Position numbers and translations under genes: made by a program
Shown: positions 49,030 to 60,503 of the stretch, piece by piece
Layout of the letters: the number at the start of each line of letters is the position of its first letter
Position numbering within the stretch: the stretch's first letter is position 1
Notes under the pieces: generated by a model
Seen by the model: the letters and a program-made list of their open reading frames with translations, nothing else
Database searches by the model: none
What the model was told of the DNA's origin: nothing
Source: Macrostomum lignano
Taxonomy: Eukaryota
Reading direction: 5' to 3'
Length of the DNA stretch: 64,000 nt
Assembly: GCA_002269645.1 (NCBI GenBank)
Contig: NIVC01000095.1
Location: forward strand, 186,001-250,000

Positions 49030-52000
49030 ATGCTACCTCGTTTATTAACGTTACTAGCGCCATCCTTAATACGTCAGAAAGGTGTGTCGGCTGTTTTCCT
49101 TCATTGCTCAAGCCCATTGTTTGTACGAAAACCGTCAATACTATCTATCTTAAACTCGCCCTGCGCAATGCCGCAACAGCAAAATGGAGGCCAGAAGCAG
49201 CAACAACGTTCCATCACTTCTTTCTTCTCGAAAACTGCCGCGTCTTCTGCGGCACAGTCAGATAGTAGTACTATTATCACCGATAGTACTCGACGCCCTT
49301 TATCGACCACACCGCCAACAAAGACTACTACCGACGCGAAGGTGAAGTCGCTGACTTCGAAAGCGGAGGCTTCGACGACAATTAAGAAAGAAAATAAATT
49401 GTCTTTAGATTGGCCAGATAAACAAGACAAGCGGAACAAGCGAAAGAAGGCTGAGTCTGAGTCCGGTTCCTCTGATTCTGAATCCAACGATGAGTCTTTG
49501 TCGTCGCCTCAGCAACAACAGGATTCTCCATCTCCGCCTGCCAAGCGTCGCCGAATGATTTCCTCCTCGTCATCTTCGGAATCTGCCGCTTCCGAATCTG
49601 CTTCCGATAAAAGCAAATCTAAATTGAAACCGAAACCGTCGAAATCTGACACAAAACCGAAATCTGACGCAAAACCGAAATCTGACACAAAACCGAAATC
49701 TGACACAAAACCGAAATCTGACACAAAACCGAAATCTGACACAAAACCGAAATCTGACACAAAACCGAAATCTGACACAAAACCGAAATCTGACGCAAAA
49801 CCAAAAGTAGCCAGGAAAAAATCTGCCACAAGTAAGCCGGAAAAGAAGCAGGCAAACAAAATCGCCGCCGAGGTAAAAGAGGTTGAAAAATCGGACCAGG
49901 AGAAGAAGACAGCAGCTGAAGCGCCGTCTGAGCAGCAGCCGAAGGAAGAATCGGGTTATAATCCCGGCAAAGCTCGCTACGATCCCATAGAGGATGCGAG
50001 CTGGTCGAGCGGCCAGCCGGTGCCCTACTTGGCTCTGGCCAAAACATTCGAAGCCATCGAGGCCACGCCTGGCCGGTTAAGAATCTTAGAGTTGCTATGC
50101 AATTTTCTTCGTTCAGTTCGTCTGCTCAGCCCTAAAGATTTGCTGCCGTGCGTCTATCTGTGCTTGAATCAGTTGGCGCCAGCTTACGAGGCTGTTGAAC
50201 TGGGCGTCGGTGACTCCGTGCTGATAAAAGCCATGGCTTTGAGCACCGGCTCTACCGTAGATAAAATTCGCCAACGTGCTCAAGTTGTCGGCGATCTTGG
50301 CGCAGTGAGCGAGTCGCTACGTTCGCGTCAAGCTGTGATGTGCCAGCCGAAACCTCTGACTGTTGCCGGCGTATTTCAGCGGCTACGCGAGGTGGCCGAT
50401 CTCTCTGGGAATGCCGCGCAGCAGAAGAAGGTGCTTAACACCTACCAGTAACTTTGATAGCTAATTATCTACTTGTGGTATCCATCGTAGCTAATCATCT
50501 ACCTGTGGTATCTATATGGTAGCTAATTACGAGTATCTACCTGTGGTATCCATCGTAGCTAATCATCTACCTGTGGTATCCATCGTAGCTAATTATCTAC
50601 CTGTGATATCTTTGGTAGCTAATTACTCAGCTGTGGTATCTATGGTAGCTAATTATCTACCTGTGGTATCTATGGTAGCTAATTATCTACCTGTGGTATC
50701 TTTGGTAGCTATTTACTCAGCTGTGGTATCTATGGTAGCTAATTATCTACCTGTGGTATCTTTGGTAGCTAATTACTCATCTGTGGTATCTTTGGTAGCT
50801 AATTACTCATCTGTGGTATCTTTGGTAGCTAATTACTCAGCTGTGGTATCTAATGTAGGCTCACAGCTAGTAATAGAGTTGACTATTTGTGGTGGTTAAT
50901 TGTCACATCAAAGTTTCTTACAAAACCCGCAGGTGTCAAAAATTCAATCCCTGCTAGTCTCCTGTCGCCAGTGCGAAGCCAAATACCTCATCCGATCTTT
51001 GTCCGGTCGTCTCAGAATCGGCCTGGCCGAGCTCTCCGTCCTGTCCGCTCTCGGCCATGCTTTTGTCCGGTCGCCGAATTTGAAAACTCCGGACGCTTCG
51101 CGTGGACAATCTGCGGATTCTTGGAAACGACGCCAAGACGAAGCGGCTCTGCTAGTGCGGACCGCCTACTGCCGCTGCCCCAATTATGACTTGCTGGTTG
51201 CCGCTCTGCTTGAGGAGACTCGGGATGAAGACTGGTGAGCCTGTTTAAGGCATTTGAATTCTTAGACGTTAAAACAGAATTCTTAGAAAGCGGGACTATT
51301 GGTTTAAGAAGTTTCTGTGGAGGGTCTAATGGATGAGATCTTGGAAAACAATTAAACCGTTTCTTAGAAAACAAAAGTACAGTAGTGGTTTCTTAGAAAA
51401 CGGGAAGTGGATTCTAAAAAAACATGAAGTGGTTTCTTAGCAAACGGAAAGTGGATTCTTAGAAAACGGGAAGTGGTTTATTAGAAAACGGGAAGTGGAT
51501 TCTTAGAAAACGGAAAGTGGTTTATTAGAAAACGGGAAGTGGTTTATTAGAAAACGGGAACTGGATTCTTAGAAAACGGGAAGTGGTTTATTAAAAAACG
51601 GGAAGTGGATTCTTAGAAAACGGAAAGTGGTTTATTAGAAAACGGGAAGTGGATTCTTAGAAAACGGAAAGTGGTTTATTAAAAAACGGGAAGTGGATTC
51701 TTAGAAAACGGAAAGTGGTTTATTAGAAAACGGAAAGTGGATTCTTAGAAAACGGAAAGTGGTTTATTAGAAAACGGGAAGTGGATTCTTAGAAAACGGG
51801 AAGTGGATTCTTAGAAAACGGGAAGTGGATTCTTAGAAAACGGGAAGTGGTTTATTAGAAAACGGAAAGTGGATTCTTAGAAAACGGGAAGTGGATTCTT
51901 AGAAAACAGGAAGAGGTTTATTAGAAAATGGGAAGTGGATTCTTAGAAAACGAGAAGTGGTTTATAAGACAATAGGAAGTGGATTCTTAGAAAACGAGAA

Positions 52001-52737
52001 GTGGATTCTTAGAAAACAGGAAGATGTTTATTAGAAAATGGGAAGTGGTTTCTTAGAAAAAGAATTTTTAATTAATTAAAATAATTCTTGAAAATTTAAC
52101 GTATTGCGTTCTCAGAAAACAAGTTTATTACTATCGGCAAAGCTACGAGAGCCACCTGGTTTTCCATAACAATTTTTTATTGTTAAAAAACGTAGAAAAG
52201 ATGAAATTGATTTGCCAATTTGATCTTGTTTCGATCAATAACAATGCTCGAACTCCATACTCGACCCCCTGCAGCTCCGGCGACTTGTCCGGCCTTCTGT
52301 CTCGCTGTCAGCTTCAAGTCGGCCTGCCCCTCAAGCCCATGCTGGCCCATCCAACCCGCGGCGTCGCAGAGGTGCTCAAACGATTCGAAAGCGTCGGCGC
52401 CTTCACCTGCGAGTTCAAATACGACGGCGAGCGCGCTCAGATTCACCGTCTGTCAGACGGCTCCGTTCGGGTGTACTCGCGCAATCAGGAGAACAACACC
52501 AGCAAGTACCCGGACATCGCCGCCAGGGTGCCCGACCTGCTGGCTGGCCGTCAGCCGGTTGACTTCATATTGGATGCTGAAGCTGTGGCCTTCGATACGG
52601 AGAAGCGACAGATACTGCCTTTCCAGGTGAGCTGGACAGACAGACAGACAGACAGGCAGGCAGACAGACAGAAAGACGGATAGGCAGACAGACAGACAGA
52701 CAGACAGGCAGGCAGACAGACAGAAAGACGGATAGGC

Positions 52738-52796
<59 letters not shown>

Positions 52797-52849
52797 TAGG
52801 CAGGCAGACAGACAGACAGACAGACAGACAGACAGGCAGGCAGGCAGGC

Positions 52850-52890
<41 letters not shown>

Positions 52891-52933
52891 GGCAGGCAGG
52901 CAGGCAGACAGACAGACAGACAGACAGATAGGC

Positions 52934-52966
<33 letters not shown>

Positions 52967-54707
52967 GCACGCAATCGCACACACTCTCACAGGGTGCACA
53001 GTGACCCTGACTTTCGTGGCGCTACATAACTAGCTAATAACGGTTTTAACTTTAGAAACTCCACCTTCTGCACCTCCCCCCCCCCCAGGTGCTAACAACC
53101 CGGAAGCGAAAAGACGCTGACGCGGGCTCAATCAAAGTCCAGGTGTGCGTGTTCGTGTTCGACATTCTGTACTACAACGGCGAGTCGCTGGTTGAGAAAT
53201 CATTAAGGCAGCGACGCCAAGTTCTGCGCGATGGGTTCAACTTTGCCGAGACAGAGCAGGCGGGTCACTTTGCCCTGGCCAAGTGGCAGGACTGCTCCGA
53301 CACCGAGGAGATTCAGGTCTTCCTGGATGAAGCTATTCGAGGAAACTGCGAAGGACTCATGCTTAAAGCCTTGGACACTGAGGCTACCTACGAGATTGCT
53401 AAGAGGTGCGCGCACAGTATCATGTGTCTACCTTGTCTACCGTGTCACCTGTCTACCTTGTCTACCGTGTCACCTGTCTACCTTGTCTACCGTGTCACCT
53501 GTCTACCTTGTCTACCGTGTCACCTGTCTACTTTGTCTACCGTGTCACCTGTCTACCTTGTCTACCGTGTCACCTGTCTACCTTGTCTACCGTGTCACCT
53601 GTCTACCTTGTCTACCGTGTCACCTGTCTACCTTGTCTACCGTGTCACCTGTCTACCTTGTCACCTGTCTATCTGATCTTACCTATCTACCTTGTCTACT
53701 TCTCACCTGTCTACCTTGTCTACTTCTCACCTGTCTACCTTGTCTACTTCTCACCTGTCTACCTTGTCTACCGTGTCACCTGTCTACCTTGTCTACCGTG
53801 TCACCTGTCTACCTTGTCACCTGTCTATCTGATCTTACCTATCTACCTTGTCTACTTCTCACCTGTCTACCTTGTCTACCTTGTCTACTTGTCACCTGTA
53901 TAACTTGTCTACTTCCAATATACTAAAAATGAGTTGTCAGCATATGTATGTACATCTATCTTATTTACCTGATCTACTACGAGCTCATCTATCTACCGTA
54001 TCCACTTCTTACGCTTGTATCAGATTTTAAACTGCTTTTCCTATCACGCATACTGGCAGTAATATTCCTAGACACAAAGCTCTTCATCCTACTCACGCGA
54101 ACTTTATCTAATAAGTAGTCTAATAAGCAAATCAATCAATTAATTTAACGCGCGCAGGTCGCACAGCTGGCTGAAGCTCAAAAAAGACTACGTCGACGGT
54201 GTTGGCGACACGCTCGACCTCGTGGTTGTCGGTGGTTACCATGGCACCGGGAAGCGGGCCGGCAAGCTTGGGGGCTTCCTGTTGGCCTGCTACAATCCCG
54301 ACGACGAAGAATACCAGACCGTCTGCAAAATCGGCACCGGCTTCTCCGACGAAGATCTGGACGCGTTCACCCGCGACCTGGCCGAGCACCGGGTCGCCGC
54401 GCCGAAGCCCTACGTCCGCTGCGGCGGCGCTTCAAATGCCGACGTCTGGTTCGACCCGGCCATCGTCTGGGAGGTGAAGGCGGCCGACCTGAGCCTCAGC
54501 CCCGCCTACATGGCCGCCATCGGCCTGGCCGACCCTCGCCGCGGCGTCAGCCTCCGATTCCCCAGATTCGTTCGCCGCCGCGAGGACAAACGGCCAGAGG
54601 AGGCGACTACGGCCGCCCAGCTGGCCGAGATGTACAGCAGCCAGGAGGTGGTCAAGTCTGCCGCTGCCACTGCCGGCGGTCAGAATGAGGATGAGGATTA
54701 TTACTGA
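49030..54707 (+). CDS. LIG1: DNA ligase 1
   Basis: Exons 49030-50430, 50933-51234, 52275-52626, 53089-53405 and 54158-54707 (973 aa from ATG1; 927 aa from ATG2 at 49168). PIP box QRSITSFF; [14 protein letters not shown]; [10 protein letters not shown]; [10 protein letters not shown]; [13 protein letters not shown] (KxDG); EGLMLKAL; [12 protein letters not shown]; [16 protein letters not shown]. Confidence 0.98.
50455..50855. repeat. ~30-bp minisatellite, LIG1 intron 1
   Basis: ggtagctaatta(tcta/ctca)cctgtggtatct(a/t)t. Confidence 0.9.
51385..52060. repeat. ~22-bp minisatellite, LIG1 intron 2
   Basis: ttagaaaacgggaagtgg(attc/ttta). Confidence 0.92.
52635..52968. repeat. (GACA)n microsatellite, LIG1 intron 3
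   Basis: Starts 8 nt after the donor site. Confidence 0.97.
53425..53900. repeat. 25-bp minisatellite, LIG1 intron 4
   Basis: ctaccttgtctaccgtgtcacctgt. Confidence 0.93.
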
Positions 54708-54744
54708 GCTCTGTTGGAGACTCCACCCTGCATCAGATTAGCTC

Positions 54745-55270
54745 CGAGTCTACTTCTCAATCTCATGAGTCTACTTCTCAATCTCATGAGTCTACTTCTC
54801 AATCTCATGAGTCTACTTCTCAATCTCATGAGTCTACTTCTCAATTTCACAAGTCTACTTCTCAATGTCATTCGTTCCGAGTCTACTTCTCAATCTCATG
54901 AGTCTCTTCCCAATCTCACGAGTCTACTTCTCAATTTAATGAGTTCCGAGTCTACTTCTCAATCTCATGAGTCTCTTCTCAATCTCACGAGTCTACTTCT
55001 CAATTTAATGAGTTCCGAGTCTACTTCTCAATGTCATGAGTTCCGAGTCTACTTCTCAATGTCATGAGTTCCGAGTCTACTTCTCAATTTTATGAGTTCC
55101 GAGTCTACTTCTCAATTTAATGAGTTCAGAGTCTACTTTTCAATCTCGTGAGTCTACTTCTCAATCTCACGAGTTCCGAGTCTACTTCTCAATCTCACGA
55201 GTTCCGAGTCTACTTCTCAATCTCACGAGTTCTGAGTCTACTTCTCAATCTCGTGAGTTCCGAGTCTACA
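54745..55270. repeat. ~21-28-bp minisatellite in the LIG1 3' region
   Basis: gagtctacttctcaatctcat and gagttcc-extended variants. Confidence 0.9.
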
Positions 55271-55746
55271 TGATTAGTTCCGCGTCTATTTCTCATTGCT
55301 TTTCATCTTTATTTAACTCACAATTGATGTATTTTTAACGGCATTTTTGTACTTGTACTTTTGTAACTGCTAAACTGTGGACTGTATTTTTTCAATCGTT
55401 CTTTATTGATTTAATTGTATTTTTGCGAACTACATTTATCTTCAACCAACTTATTTAAAGTAGTTAAACACATGGTTTTATAATTATAATAATAAACTTA
55501 TGTATCAATATTGTTTATCAACAAAACCGAAGCTTTGAAAATAAAGTTTCACTATATTGAAAGTGTAACTTGTACTTTTATACTTTATTAAATAATGAGG
55601 TTGATTTTATTTGTTTTGGATTACCTGTACTGTTTATAGTTGGCTAAAGGCCTGGCAATCTAATTGGGATCAGTACATGTAGGTCTCCTCAAGAACTAAA
55701 ATTAGTATATACATTCGCAATGTGCTGACGAGTAGCAGTCCAGGGT

Positions 55747-57249
55747 AGTAGATGTCATCATGGGACTTTTGGCGATTTCTATGCTTTTTCAATTTACGAG
55801 TATCCCCCTCGTAGTCTACTTCTACGAGGAAGTAGTCTACTCTAGTGTCATACTAGAGTAGTCTACTCTCGTAGTCTACTCTAATCATCCTTAGATCATC
55901 AACTACTAAAATCTATTTAAACATAATGCCCTAACACCTAAAACCAACCACCCCATCGCAATGCTTACAACTACTAATCTAAGCGGATTTTAAGCGATGA
56001 CACCCAACACCCAACGCCTGACACCCATCATCTGACACCTAACGCCTGACACCCATCATCTGACACCCAACACCTGACACCCATCATCTGACACCCAACA
56101 CCTGACACCCATCATCTGACACCCAACATCTGACACCCAACACCTGACACCCATCATCTGACACCCAACATGACACCCAACATCTGACACCCAGCATCTG
56201 ACACCCAGCATCTGACACCCAACACCTGACACCCATCATCTGACACCCAACATCTGACACCCAACACCTGACACCCATCATCTGACACCCAACATGACAC
56301 CCAACATCTGACACCCAGCATCTGACACCCAACACCTGACACCCATCATCTGACACCCAACATCTGACACCCAACACCTGACACCCATCATCTGACACCC
56401 AACATGACACCCAACATCTGACACCCAGCATCTGACACCCAGCATCTGACACCCAACACCTGACACCCATCATCTGACACCCAACATCTGACAGCCAACA
56501 CCTGACACCCATCATCTGACACCCAACATCTGACACCCAACACCTGACACCCATCATCTGACACCCAACACCTGACACCCATCATCTGACACCGAACACC
56601 TGACACCCATCATCTGACACCCAACATCTGACACCCATCATCTGACACCCAACATCTGACACCCATCATGACACCCAACATCTGACACCCAGCATCTGAC
56701 ACCCAGCATCTGACACCAACACCTGACACCCAACATCTGACACCCAGCATCTGACACCAACACCTGACACCTGACACCTGATAACTATGGAACAGCTCCA
56801 CCCGAAGAACTAAGAAATTACTTAAAAGGACAGAAAATTTATCGCTCAGACTTTATACTTCAAGAGCTTAACAACGACATCTGCGATGACCTGTGTATGA
56901 CTTTTCTGTATGCAAAGTCATGCTATATACAGTTATATAGTATCTGTGGTATGCAATGACGAAAAGCAGAAAGAGCTGCAAAGAAATTGCTCTAGGGTTT
57001 AGGTGTCGGGTGTTAGGTGTTGGTTGTCAGATGATGGGTGTCAGGTGTTGGGTGTTGATTTTTTACTGGGGGTTTTGGCACAAAAAAACAAAATCCCCTC
57101 AGACTAGTAGTTGTAAGTATTTTGATGGGGTGGTTGCTTTTAGGTGTTAGGGAATTAATTATGTTTAAATAGATTTTAGTAGTTGATGATCTAAGGGGGA
57201 TAAAGTAAAAAAGCATAGAAATCGCAAAAGTCCCATAATGACATCTACT
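55747..57249. mobile_element. 1.5-kb long-TIR element, candidate internally deleted Polinton/Maverick derivative
   Basis: Inverted arms of ~250-300 bp beginning agtagatgtcat..gggacttt and ending ..aaagtcccataatgacatctact. The 14-bp subterminal repeat is expanded on the left arm only. The unique core at 56780-56920 translates to an adenain-like protease segment. No TSD found. Confidence 0.55.
56020..56780. repeat. 14-bp minisatellite (ctgacacccaacat / ctgacacccatcat)
   Basis: About 55 units on the left arm; a few inverted units at 57000-57055. Confidence 0.95.
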
Positions 57250-58624
57250 CTGGATTATATATTTTATCACTCTTAACTATGAATATCAATAGAGCTTTAA
57301 GAAGGCAAGATGTATCAAAATCAATAACAATTCTGCTGAAAAATGAAAACCCTTCACCAAAAAATGAAATGAAATAGTGCATTCTTCGGCAAAACCTACC
57401 ACCTAAAGTTTCCCAGAAACGCGTAGTTACCCATCTTATGCTAAGTTTAGTCCAGTCCACTCAGATGATCTCGAAATACTCCATAAAAGCTGGACAATTG
57501 GCTTTAAATCGTTTTAAACATCGCATATGTATTTTGTCAACTCAACATCCTAATGGAATGCCAGTCCATAATTCCTGGCATTATTTTTGCAGGGAGGCAG
57601 CCCAGGTGATGTCCAATTTTAATTTCAATTTGAAGGAGTCGAAATCAAGATAAAAGCTATTCAACTTCATCACAAAAACACCGGGTCACATCTCTCACAG
57701 CGGCTGCTTCTACTGTTGACAAAACATTGAATACAATAGAACACAAATGTTTTTTATAACTACAGTTATGGCACTGCTCATTGAAAATAATAGGTATTTT
57801 CTTTTTATAAAATAAATGTCAAGTTTTTTGCATGCATAGTGTATATTATTGTTGAAAGTACAAAAATATTTTCATTTTTCAGAAATTTAAGTACGGCAGG
57901 TATGTTGCGCACCTGAAGCAATATTGATTGATGATTATTAATTTAAATACTCAAATAAGGCATTTCATGGCTTTTAAAAGGAATTGACTTGAATTTTGAA
58001 CCGAAATCTCTAAACAGACATATTCATAACTCAACACGCAATAAACTAAAAATAAGTTATGCTAAGATTGAAACAAGAAATGCCCTACTAATAGTAGCGA
58101 TCGTTTGAACTCATTGCCAATAAACACGACAAGCATAGAATGATAGAAATGATATAGGAAAGTAAAAGGTATCAAGAGAGCTGTCCATTTTGAAGCTGTT
58201 AGTCTCTATTAGCGTTCACATGTAGATAGATATGCATATAGAGGTTATAAATGTCACCTATACCTTTTTTCCTGGGAATATAACTAAAAAAATCCAGAAT
58301 ATTATGTCGCTAATGAGAACATGCTGTTTCAGTAATGTGTTATGTTCAGTAAATATCAATAAAACTTGTTATATATTAAGCTGGTTTCAATAAACGGCGC
58401 TTAAACATCAATTTGGGCAGACCATCGCTGACATAAGCTGGAAATTGTAAAGGTTGTAAAATTGAGCACTATTATAGATAGGAAAACCATTTTTAGTATA
58501 GGGATTGGATTATCACGCGGAATAGGCAGGTTCCTACATGGAAGGGGATTACCACATAGACTATTCGATTTTCACGCACCTTAGGAGGTTCCTAAAGTAA
58601 AATCAGGGATTCCCTGAATATGAT

Positions 58625-59195
58625 TGGGGATTCCCTTAATGAGATCAGGGTTTCCCTAATAGGATCAGGGATTCCCCTAATGGGATCAGGGATTCCCCTA
58701 AAGGGATCAGGGTTTTCCTAATAGGATCAGGGATTCCCCTAATGGGATCAGGGTTTCTCTAATAGGATCAGGGATTCCCCTAATGGGATCAGGATTTTCC
58801 TAATAGGATCAGGGATTCGCCTAATGGAATCAGGATTTTCCTAATAGGATCAGGGATTCGCCTAATGGGATCAGGATTTTCCTAATAGGATCAGGGATTC
58901 GCCTAATGGGATCAGGATTCTCTTAATAGGATCGGGGATTCTCATATTGGGATCAGGATTCTCTTAATAGGAACGGGGATTCCCCTAATAGGATCTGGGT
59001 TTCCCTAATAAGATTGGGGATTTCCGTAATGGGATCGGACTTTCCCGAATAGGATTGGGATTTCCCTAAAAGGATCGGGGATTCCTCTAATAGGATTGGG
59101 GATTATCCTAAAAGGATATGGACCAGGGTTTCCTTAATAGGATCAGGGATTCCCCTTGATCGGAGATTTCCCTAATAGGATCGGGGATTTTGCTA
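58625..59195. repeat. ~20-21-bp minisatellite
   Basis: ggatcagggattcccctaat(a/g) variants. Confidence 0.9.
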
Positions 59196-59358
59196 AAAGT
59201 ATAATCGATGATAGATTCAATAGAATCATAGATTTATAGCAAGTAGAATCTAAAGTAGATTGGGAATTAGGAATCTAAATAAAAGATTGGGATAATATAC
59301 AAGTACACTACTACTATAGGCATCTGTCTCAACGCTATAAACTTGGCCACAACAAACG

Positions 59359-60031
59359 CTACAGCTGGATCAGATCCGGCTGTCTGAACGCCTGCGGCTG
59401 AGCAGCTCCCTGAGCACCGCCGTTTGCTGACTGCTCAAGTCCTCGCCGTACCTCCCGAATAGCTGCCTCCGATGGTGGCGCAGAGCCGGCGACTGGACGG
59501 TCCAGTGCGCGCGCCAGCCTCAGCACCAGCGCGTCCCGGTGGCGCCAATTCGGACCCTTCAGCAGGCGCCTCGCCCAGGCGAACACGCGGGACAGCAGGT
59601 CGCGGGCCAGCTGGCTCTGCCTGGCCCCGGGCAGTAGCGGCCTGTCCGGCAGCATGTGCAGCAGCAGCAGCAGCGCCTGCAGGATGGCGCCTGGCGGCAG
59701 CCTGGCCGGCAGTTCGGCGCCACGGCTGAGCGCGTCGGCGATGCTGGCCAGCTGCGAGTCGGACGGCATCGAGGCGTCCTCCTCTGACGGGTCGGCCGGC
59801 AGGAGCAGCGGCGAGTCCGGGTCCCCGGTGGCCTCGAGCAGGCGGGTGACCTCGACAGGGATCGGGTGGACGGGCGGCCCGAGGTCTGCAAAGGGGGAAT
59901 TCCAGTTTTTATGATCTCGAGTAAACGGCTGGAGTAAATGCCACTGTCTCCTTGTCATCTAATAAGTTGAATATTCCAATTTAGCGTATTCTATATTAGA
60001 TTTAAACACCTAAATTTAAACACCTGCAGTC

Positions 60032-60068
<37 letters not shown>

Positions 60069-60115
60069 TTGTCTGTGTCTGTCTGTGTGTCTGTGTGTCT
60101 ATTTGCTTGCCTGCC

Positions 60116-60154
<39 letters not shown>

Positions 60155-60243
60155 GTCTGTCTGTCTGTCTGTCTGTGTGTCTGTCTGTCTGTCTGTCTGT
60201 GTCTGTCTGTCTGTCTGTGTGTCTGTGTGTCTGTGTGTCTGTG

Positions 60244-60302
<59 letters not shown>

Positions 60303-60375
60303 GTCTGTCTGTCTGTCTGTCTGTGTGTCTGTCTGTCTGTCTGTCTGTGTCTGTCTGTCTGTCTGTGTGTCTGTG

Positions 60376-60410
<35 letters not shown>

Positions 60411-60419
60411 GTGTCTGTG

Positions 60420-60503
<84 letters not shown>

